From assembly GCA_964016885.1 (NCBI GenBank), contig OZ024741.1, positions 41,602,001 through 41,666,000 of the forward strand: a DNA stretch of 64,000 nt, written 5' to 3'. Below the pieces are notes generated by a model. The model saw only the letters and a list, made by a program, of their open reading frames with translations, was not told the DNA's origin and did no database searches. Both the position numbers and the translations under genes were made by a program. Within the stretch, counting starts at the first letter, position 1; each line of letters begins with the position of its first letter. This document shows positions 54,680 through 64,000 of the stretch, piece by piece. The DNA comes from Eledone cirrhosa (Eukaryota).

Positions 54680-55612
54680 TTTGTGGTATAGAGTTATTGC
54701 CATTTACATTCTGAGTTCAAATCCCATTGAAGTTCATTTTGCCTTTCAACCTTACAGGGTCAATAAGATAAAGTACCAGTAATGCACTGGGGTCAATTTA
54801 ATCGACTTTCCCCTCTCCCAAAATTGTTGGCCTTATGACTAAATCAGAAATCATTATTTCTCCTGGCTCTTTCATCCTTACGGAGTCGATAAAATAAAGT
54901 ACCAGTAATGCACTGAGTAATTGCTGGCCTTGTGCCTAAAGTAGAAACAATTATTTCTCCTGGCTCTTAATATACTGAGTTCAAATCCCACCAAGGTCAA
55001 CTTTGCCTTTCATCTTTCCAGTGTAGATAAAATAAAGTACCAGTAATGAACTGAGTCAATATAATCGGTTTTCCCCATGCCCCTAAACTATTAGCCTAGT
55101 GTCTAACAGAAATTATTATTTGTTAAGGCTCTTAATAGTCCAAATCCTGTGAATGTCAACTTTGCGTTTCATTGTTGGCCTTGTGCCTAAATCAGAAACG
55201 ATTATTAGGGCAGCAAAGCATCAGACAAAATGTTTTGCGGCATAGAGTTACGACTCTTTACGTTCTGAGTTCAAATCCCATCAAGGTTAGCTTTGCCTTT
55301 CCTCTTTGATAAAATAAAGTACCAGTAACACACTGGGATTGATTTAATCGACTTTCCCCTCCTCCAACATTGTAGGCCTTATGCCTCAATTAAACATTTT
55401 TATTATTATTATTGTTGTTGGATTGGCAAAATCGGTAGAGCGTCAGACACCATGGTTTTCAGCACAGAATTACGGCCCTTTACTGTCTGGGTTCAAATTC
55501 CACCGAGGTTAGCTTTGTCTTTCATCCTTATGAGGTCGATAAAATAAAGTACCAGTAATGCAATGGGATAATTGCTGACCTTGTGCCAAATGTAGAAACA
55601 ATTATTATTATT
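54680..55612 (+). mobile_element. Dense cluster of ~5 SINE A copies and fragments
   Basis: Repeated GAGTTCAAATCCC...AAAATAAAGTACCAGTAA. Confidence 0.9.
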
Positions 55613-55824
55613 ATTGTTGTTGTTGAATATTAGTATTTGGAGGGAAGACAGAAGGGACAACAAGGAAGATTCAAAGGGAGGAAAGAATTCTGGAGAATAC
55701 TATTTAGTGAAGTATTTTTAATAAGAAGGGGCCAAACATCAGAAGCATAAGGGTTTTAGGTGTTGGAAAGACCATCTAAACTTATTTTTAAACATGGTAT
55801 TCAGATCTATACTATCTGTTATGA

Positions 55825-56142
55825 AAGGTAAAGGGTAAAAAACCCTTTTGGTCATGAATCACTATGGGATTTGCATCTAGAAAGTTCCCCTCTAAGGCAT
55901 AACTCCGGGCAAGGTGTGTTTGTGGAAGACCAGCAGTCACCCATGCATACCAGTCTCCCCTCTCCACGCCACCGATGTTGTCCAAGGGAAAGGCAATGGC
56001 CGATATAGCTTGGCATGAGTGGCGTCGCAACTGATTCCTACAGCTGAGTAAACTGGAGCGACATGAAATAAAGTGTCTTGCTGAAGGACATGATGCATCA
56101 CCTGGTCCAAGAATCTAACTCACAACCTCTCAATTGCAAGCT
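55825..56142 (-). mobile_element. CORE-type SINE with a different 3' tail (…TTACCCTTTACCTT)
   Basis: Family B head and core (CTACAGCTGAGTAAACTGGAGC...AAAGTGTCTTGCT) joined to an unrelated body. Confidence 0.7.
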
Positions 56143-56761
56143 TAAATTCAGGGTTAATATTTGACAATTTCAGACTTAAATTCAGGGTCAATATTTTGAC
56201 AATTTTCTCCAACTTCAAATTCTACGTAAAGAAGGTTTGGAGTTTTGCCCATTTCTCAGATATAAGATATTGGGGTCAGCTTATATTCGAGTATATACAG
56301 CAAATATTTGTAGATTATGACTGATAGAAAGCAATAGATTATTAAAGGGAACCTATTAAATAAACATGTCTAGATGTCTAGCAATTATGAATTCATTGAA
56401 GAATGCCATGTTAGTTAGACTATTCAACTGAATATGATAAATAAATAAATGTTATGGTTGACTGCACAATGATGTAGAGATATAAGATGTTTAATGATGC
56501 TTAAGCTAGATAATGAGGAGCTGAACATCTATAGAAGATTTAATGGTTTAAGACAGTCAACTTATTAAGGATTTGGTATCCAAATTGTTTAGGAGAGCAT
56601 GCTAATTACAAATGATGGAGTGGCATGTAATTCATAGGTAAACAAGATAGTTAACCATTTCATGAACATATTTCAAATTAAAGATACTGCCAACATCTTC
56701 CAATTAATTTGGAAAATAATCAAGAATTCAGAGGAATTTGGTAAAATAACTTTCTTACTAT

Positions 56762-56972
56762 TAGTATCAGTAGAGCATCAGATAATATGTTTTACATCAT
56801 AGAGTTACGGCCCTTTGCGTTCTGAGTTCAAATCCTTCCATGGTTAGCTTTGTCATTCAACCTTAAGGGATCAATTAAATAAAGTACCAGTAATGCACTG
56901 GGGTCGATTTAATCAACTTTCCGCTTCCCCCCAAATTGTTGGCCTTGTGCCTAAATCAAAAACTATTATTAT
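56762..56972 (+). mobile_element. SINE A
   Basis: Family motifs. Confidence 0.85.
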
Positions 56973-58104
56973 TCTGATGTTAAGAGCAAAGCTTAACAAA
57001 AATTTCTTCCATAAAATTATGAGAAACGGTTTTAATATAAGTATGAACACTTTAAAAGGAGCAGTTTTATATCATAAAACCTCCCACATCCTGGATGCCA
57101 CAGTGAACTAGCTAAATGGAATAAAATCTTAAAATATTGGGAATTATCAACTAACTATTTTTCCAGCCTGTGACGTTCGAGACATTTGGTGGAGCTAGGC
57201 CACTGACAGCAAAGATCTTTTTGCTAGTGGCTCACCTTACCAAGGTGTCAGGTGATGCCTGTGAGGGTTGTTGGTTGCAATTTTGCCCATTTCTCAGACA
57301 TGAAATAGTGGAGTCAGCTTATATTCATGTATATACAGTAAATATGTGTAGGCCATAGCCGGTAGAAAGCAATAGATTATTCAGAGTCAACCCGGAGTTA
57401 TGCTAAAATAGAATTTTGAAAGATGTCAAACAGTGGGATTGAACTTAGGACCTCATAATTGTGAAGTGAATTACTTAACCCTTCAGATGCAGGCAATTAG
57501 TAATAACATTAATGTTTAACCCTTTTCATACACCCAGCCACTTAACACCAATGAAACCAAGATAAGCACTGGTATGATTCATCTCTAAGCTTGGGACAGA
57601 CTTTGGGGAGTGCAAGTAAAGGCAATCATCCCCACCACCAGCCACAGGTATGAAGATATGCAAAATTTCCTCCGACCTCATGCCAATGAACTGAAGTGGA
57701 GAGAGCAAAACTATCTTTGAGAGTGGATGCTGAGAGATTTTGGTAAGCCAGTGCTCACCACCACACTACAACAGATGTGCTGGTTCTTCACTCAACCACG
57801 TCTTCTTCTTCTACTACTCTCACTACTGTTGTCTTTGGTCCTCTAATCTAGTAAACTATATTTTACATCTACCTCAGTCCCCTTGGGAACCTCATGAAGG
57901 AGATGTTAAATGAGAGGCTAGGAATGAAAGGAGGGCCATTGTGCTGGAGATAATAACTTGTCGGTGCCCCCTTGCAAGTATGGAAAAATAGATGTAATGA
58001 TAATGGTGATAATGGTGATGATGATGATGATGATGATGATAGTGATGATGTTAATGGATTCAATTGTAGTGTTGAAGATGATGGTGATGGTGCCAATTAT
58101 AATT

Positions 58105-58630
58105 ATGACAAAAAGTGCCCAGTCCACACTGTAAAGTGGTCATTTTGGTGCCACGATAAAAAGCACTCAGTCACCCAGTCCACACTGTAAGTGAGGTTGG
58201 TGTTAGGAAGGTCACCCAGCTGTAGAAAACAAGCCAGAAACAGTTCTGAATGAGCAATACATGATCATATGATCTGATTTCTCTCACAATAGGACAACTC
58301 GTCTAACCCATGCTAACATGGAAAACTGGACATTAAACAGTGATGATGATAATGATGTTGATGCTGATGGCAATGATGTTGATCATGCAAATACTGATGG
58401 TAATGATGGTAATGATGATAACGATGCTGCTGATGATGATGATGATGATGATTATGATGATAATGGTGATGATGCCAATGATTATGATGATTATGATGAT
58501 GATTATGATGATGATGATAACAATGCTGCTGTTGATGATGATGATGATGACGATGTCAATGATGCCAATGGATATGATGATGTTGTCAATGATGATGATG
58601 ATGCCAATGCTGATGGTGATGATGGTAACT
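58105..58630 (+). mobile_element. RTE-type 3' tail with a greatly expanded, degenerate (GAT)n tail
   Basis: GGTTGGTGTTAGGAAGG...CCCATGCTAACATGGAAAACTGGACATTAAAC then ~290 bp of GAT-type triplets. Confidence 0.8.
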
Positions 58631-59689
58631 GCCACCAGTTACATACATTATTCACAGCAACCATTGAATACTGTATCAAAATGGTAGCAATTGCTTTACA
58701 GTCATTAATTTTGTACTGACAGTTCTATGTTTAAATCTCACAAAATTCCATAATTTAAGTACTAATATTATCCTCATAATTCAATCAGCTACATTACTTC
58801 CCTAACAAATATTGGCCTTCATACATAAGCAATAAAACATTTTTTTTAATACTATAATATTACATTATGATGAATATATAGCTTTTACTTAAACAGAATC
58901 AGGAAATGTTTATCCTTTCAACATGATAATTATAAAGTTAACGCATTTAACACAATATGTGTGTGTAAGAGTGTGTGGGAGTGGAGTGTGCATTCATTTT
59001 ATTAAGGTGCAACTCCAAAGTAATAAGACTCACTATTTGACCTTAATAAATTGAATATTTAAGCTCTAATTGTGTAAAGAATATGCTTTTCTGTCAGGCT
59101 GTCAACTACACATGGGGATGGATGGATGGATATTGAGAGCTTTTATTCCGAATGTTGAGCGGAATTAATTTTCCTTTGTTAACACTTTGAGTGTACCTGC
59201 CAAAAACTGGGGGTTGCTTCCCCTGTTGGAAATAACACGTGACAACGAAATGATTGAAGGCTGTCTATTGTAGCGGTCGCATGGAGTTTAAGCTCACACC
59301 CATTTGAGGCATAAGAACGAAATGCCTGTCGATGAAGTGAGTTCCCTGTTCGATCATGGAATACCACAAGCTTACGTGTTACGTAAGTTGGATTGATGAT
59401 TTCGGATTCATAGAAACATATCGGACGTATTGCAGAATATCGTTCGATCTGTCCAGGTCTGTTGTTTTAACCTGATTAGTTCTTTCGTTGTTTTGGTATT
59501 GTATGACTGGGTTTTACCTACCGCAATTTTCAATTTGTCAAGCTATTTAAACGTAATGTTATAACTCTAAGGACCTACCCTTATTGAGGGTTTGCTACTC
59601 ATTCCTTATTGTAGGTCGACTTTGCTTGGCCACAACCAAAGCTTCGATTTTACTAAGCTTCCACTTGTATATATATATATATATATATA

Positions 59690-60183
59690 CCTACAGTCAG
59701 TAGGCACCTCTAACAAAATACACCCCCGTCCCACTATCCCCACCCCATCCACACCACCCCCTTAAAAGTTATGTTGATACCACAACATCCAGTCCGAAAC
59801 AAATGAGGTCGTGTAGGTGCCACGACAAAAAACACACAGTCCACGCTGTAATGTGGCCGTGTAGGTAACACGGTAAAAACCTCCCAGTACACACTGTAAA
59901 CGTGGTTGGTGTTGGGAAGGGCACTCAGCCGTAGAAAACCCGCCAGACATGTAGGTGTTACGACAATAAAACACACAGTCCACGCTGTAATGTGGCCGTG
60001 TAGGTAACACGGTAAAAACCTCCCAGTCCACACTGTAAACGTGGTTGGTGTTAGGAAGGGCATCCAGCCGTAGAAAACCTGCCAGACAGTCCTGAGCAAG
60101 ACAACCAATCTTGCCTCAAGTGGGACAATTCCCGTCCAGACCCATGCTAGCGTGGAAAATGGACGTTAAATGATGATGATGAT
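59690..60183 (+). mobile_element. RTE 3'UTR copy with an internal duplication
   Basis: Matches 2795-3163; block ~59811-59948 is repeated at ~59950-60088. Confidence 0.9.
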
Positions 60184-60277
60184 CTGTCTCTCTCTTTATA
60201 TATATATATAAAGAGAGAGAGAGACAGAGAGAGAAGAATTGAAGTCAGTGTTGCAGCATATGTACAAACTTTATTGG

Positions 60278-60364
60278 CATATTACAATTGTTTTGATATC
60301 GATCAGCTCAGGGTACAATCATAATGGTGAAGCACGAATCTTCTTCAACATCTCATCAGATATG
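60278..60364 (-). ncRNA. Hammerhead ribozyme-like motif (G12>A) with 42-nt loop II
   Basis: Minus strand CATAT-CTGATGA-GATGTTGA...TCGATATC-AAAAC-AATT-GTA-ATATG, then CCAATAAA. Confidence 0.65.
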
Positions 60365-60830
60365 TGAGTTTATATGTGCAAAGACACATCTAAACCATAA
60401 AAGCATTGAGTGTTTTGAATGGCATACCACTTTTAAAGTGGGGACAGAGTAAGGAAGGATAAGTATGATGTTATGTCTGCATGGCAAATGTGTTGGGATT
60501 TGTAAGGGTGAAGTTCGAGAGACAAGATTTGGGAGTAGTCATGGATAGAGTGGGGACACAATGATAATGAGAAGAGCTACAAAGAAGTATGAATGGTGTG
60601 TTGGGATTTAATGAGGTAAGAGGTGGTGGGAGTAATCTCAGAAGACAAAGTGTGGCTAGGACCATGGATAAGATGTAGTGATGAAAGAAATAGCTAATAA
60701 AGAGCTATGACAAGTGTGATGGAATTTAACAGCGTAAGATGGGTGGAGGTAGAAGGGATCTTGGATAGAGGAGAGATGGACTGTACAGCGATGATGAGAA
60801 ATTTACTAGAAAGCAACAGTAACCAAAGTG

Positions 60831-61301
60831 TTAACCCTTTTGTTATCAACCTGGCCAAAACTGACTTTGGTTCTATGAATTAAAACCACCCATTTTAAAG
60901 GTTTCCTATTTAAATTAAAATCTTCCAACATAATTTTATATAAGAACCTTACATTAAATTACAACCTTAGTAATGAAATAATTGAAAATTTTAGTAAAGC
61001 CCTCAAAATTCTTTATTATAATAAATTAAAATAGAGTGTATTTAATTAGGAATGCAGTCATGAATTGGTTAAAGTATTTGTTATGTTCCAAAGTACACTC
61101 TATTTCAATTAATTAATGAAGATTTTTGAGGGATTTACTAAAATTATTAGTTATTTCAGTACTAAGATAGTAACTTAATGTAAGTTTCTTATATAAAATC
61201 CTGTTGGAAGATTTGAATTTAAATTGGAAACCTTTAAAATGAATGGTTTAATTTCATAGAACCAGAATCAGTTTTGACGAGGTTGGTAACTAAAGGGTTA
61301 A
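60831..61301. mobile_element. Long near-palindromic piggyBac-type MITE
   Basis: TTAA|CCCTTT...AAAGGG|TTAA with ~210-bp imperfect inverted arms. Confidence 0.85.
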
Positions 61302-62254
61302 TAATGAGAAAGTTAGTTTACTAAATCCCTCGAAACTCTTCATTATTTTTCAAATTATTTGGAAATCATCTGCATAGTCTTTCATAAGAAATATGATAAT
61401 GAAAGAGTTAGTGATTTCAAGGCATACATATAAATGGCAAATATACTAAGTATAGTTTTTCACTCACAATACAACACTAACATATACATATACACACATA
61501 TACACTTACACACATTCCCTGGAACACAATTATGGAACTACTCAAAGTACATGCTTGAACTCAGAAAGTGCCAAATTCTCTAAGTGTTGAAAGTAGAGTT
61601 AGTGAAGATGCTTTTGAAAAATTATGACACTTACTGGAAGTTCAAAAGATAAATGTTATTGACATTGGAATATGGCTGCATTTCTGTGTATGTATTAGTA
61701 ATGAATTTACAACATCACCATTGAAATGAAAATTTGCTAGTATATCAAGGAGATAAATGGCAAAATTTCACCAAAAGTTTTCATTGATAAATCAACAAGC
61801 CAACTAGTTTATTTGAAATGTGAAAGTGATAAGTAGGGAGATGTCCATTTTATATTTTTAAACCTAACTGAACTCTTCTGATCAGAAAGCTGCAAACATT
61901 GCAGCTAAGCATCTAATTATTGAACTGCTCTGATCAGAAAGCTGTATCAACTATCTCTATTGAATGGCTCTGAACAGAAAACTGAACCAATTGTCTCTAT
62001 TGAGCGGCTCTGATCAGGAATATGCAGCTATTGCAGCTAAGTATCTATTGAACCATTTGATCAGAAAACCAGTAACTATTACAACTAAACATCTATTAAA
62101 GTGTCTGATCAACCTTGGCCATGCATGGGTTTGATGACACTTGCTTGTAAAGGAACATTCTAGCATTTGCTATTGATAGGGGAAGAGGAGGAGAGAGAAA
62201 GAGCGGGCTGTTCTGTGTGAAATCAGATGCTGAAGCCATTCTCAAAGAACATTA

Positions 62255-62745
62255 GCGTGTGTGTGCATGTGTGTATGTATGCATGTAAGTGTATGTGTGT
62301 ATGTGTGTGTGTGCATGTGTGTGTGTGTGTGCATGTAAGTGTATATGCATGTGTGTATGTATGTAAGTGTATATGCATGCATCTGTGTGTGTGTGTGCAC
62401 ATGTGTCAGTATGCATGTGTGTGAGTGCCTGCATGTATATCTGCATGTGTGTGTATATACATACACAAATGTGTGAGTGCATGCATATATGTATATGTGC
62501 ATATATATGTGTGTGCATGCATGTATGCACGTGGGTGCATGCATGTATGTTGGTGTACATATATGCATATGTGTGCATATGTGTATATGCATGCATATTT
62601 GTGTGTGCATGTGTGTGTGTGTGTGTGTGTGTGTCTGCATGTATGTCTGCATGTGTGTGTATACATACAGAAGTGTGTGAGTGCATGCATATATGTATGT
62701 GCATGTATATGTATGTATGAGAATGAGTGTATATGTATGTAGATG
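62255..62745. repeat. Degenerate (GT)/(GCAT)-rich repeat
   Basis: Direct. Confidence 0.95.
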
Positions 62746-63114
62746 TGTTTTATTGTGAGTGAAAAACTATACATATTCCATTCTTAATAGAATCCTTACA
62801 CAAAGACACTTATATTGTTTTAATAGGAATTTTGAACAACTTCCAAAGAAACGTTGCTACATGTTTGTTTGTGTGTGTTAGTTTGTTTTTATTTTGGATG
62901 AAATCCTAAACAACAGCTCCGACAACTAGAGAGGGAGGTGTGTTGGGGTGGTGGAGATATAGGTGTGGTGGGGTGGTGTGGTAGAGATATAGGGGTGAGT
63001 GAGAGAGATAAGACTTTGTAGACAAAGCAATTCAATGGTTGATATAATATTGAAACACAGTTCTGTTTGCCACAAACCAACAGTAATTAGATTAACTAGA
63101 AGCTAGCAACAGCA

Positions 63115-63153
<39 letters not shown>

Positions 63154-63409
63154 GCTGCATAAATAATAATATTAATCTATTATTATTATTATTATTATAA
63201 ATGTAACTGTTGGTAATATTAGCAGAGATGTTGATAAAGCAACAACTACAACTGCCTCATGATCAATAATAATAATAATAATAATATATAATTATTATTA
63301 TTATTATTGGTTATATGAAACATTGTGAAATATGTGATTATGATTGTTTGGGGGAATGTCAGTACAATGCAGATTAGAAAAACAAAAGTGAAAACTAGTG
63401 TAAACTTTA

Positions 63410-63456
<47 letters not shown>

Positions 63457-63483
63457 GTTTATATGTAAAAGGTAAACAGAGGG

Positions 63484-63519
63484 TCTTAACGTTTCGGATG
63501 CTAGTCCTTCATCAGAAGA
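63484..63519 (-). ncRNA. Minimal hammerhead ribozyme
   Basis: Minus strand TCTT-CTGATGA-A-GGA-CTAGCA-TCC-GAAACGTT-AAGA; same family as 3583-3616. Confidence 0.75.
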
Positions 63520-63604
63520 AAGAATGAGAAATAAGATTGATTGAAGGGAGGGGCGTGTTGACATCTCTCTATATATATAATCCTGATGCAGGATTATACA
63601 AATG

Positions 63605-64000
63605 AAACAGTAAAGTGGTTGTGTAGGTATCACAACAAAAAGCATCCAGCCGACACTGTCAAGTGGTCGTGTAGGTGTCATGACAAAAAACATCCAGCCC
63701 ACATTATAAAGTGGTCATGTAGGTATCATAACAAAAAGCATCTAGCCCACACTGTAAAGTGGTCATGTAGGTGTCATGACAAAAAACATCCAGCCCACAC
63801 TGTAAAGTGGTCATGTAGGTATCACAACAAAAAGCATCCAGCCGACACTGTAAAGTGGTCGTATAGGTGTCATGACAAAGAACATTCAGCCCACACTGTA
63901 AATGTGGTTGGTGTTCGGAAGGACATCCAGCTGTGGAAACCAACCCAAAGTCATGGTCATCAGACCTGGCTTGTCTCAATGGGGAAACTCATCTAACCCA
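63605..64000 (+). repeat. 48-bp tandem expansion (~6 copies) of the RTE 3'UTR sub-repeat, running into an RTE tail
   Basis: CACTGTAAAGTGGTCATGTAGGTGTCATGACAAAAAACATCCAGCCCA units, then GGTTGGTGTTCGGAAGGACATCCAGCTG. Confidence 0.9.

Noticed and set aside
58318-58719. Asp-rich 133-aa ORF resembling an acidic biomineralisation protein
   Set aside because: It is the expanded (GAT)n tail of an RTE-type element

Overview
This is AT-rich, microsatellite-saturated eukaryotic DNA. The SINE/RTE repeat families and (TA)n load suggest a coleoid cephalopod (Octopus-like) genome; that is an inference. No intact host protein-coding gene is supportable, and almost every long ORF in the track is a translation of simple repeats. 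The window is an intronic or intergenic transposon graveyard. LINE fragments: RTE, CRE, R4/Dong, CR1 and Tx1/L1. Other elements: at least two tRNA-derived SINE families, hAT and piggyBac-type MITEs, two non-autonomous Helitrons (one carrying a 93-bp tandem array), and a DD37D (maT) mariner with an internal inverted duplication of its catalytic region. The most striking layer is not in the ORF track: about a dozen hammerhead-ribozyme (HHR) motifs or remnants from several unrelated families. Almost all abut (TA)n tracts. One lies downstream of a Penelope-type GIY-YIG ORF fragment, two face outward in a ~1.2-kb fold-back, and four have unusually long loop-II inserts (three of these also share a palindromic ACAATTGT helix III). 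Perfect palindromes and snap-back 5' ends occur near several of them. Together these suggest a diverse set of (TA)n-associated, ribozyme-bearing Penelope-like retroelements. Also noted: a tandem E-box with a 7-nt spacer in unique sequence, and a 200-N gap whose flanks overlap. Repeat boundaries are by eye and approximate.
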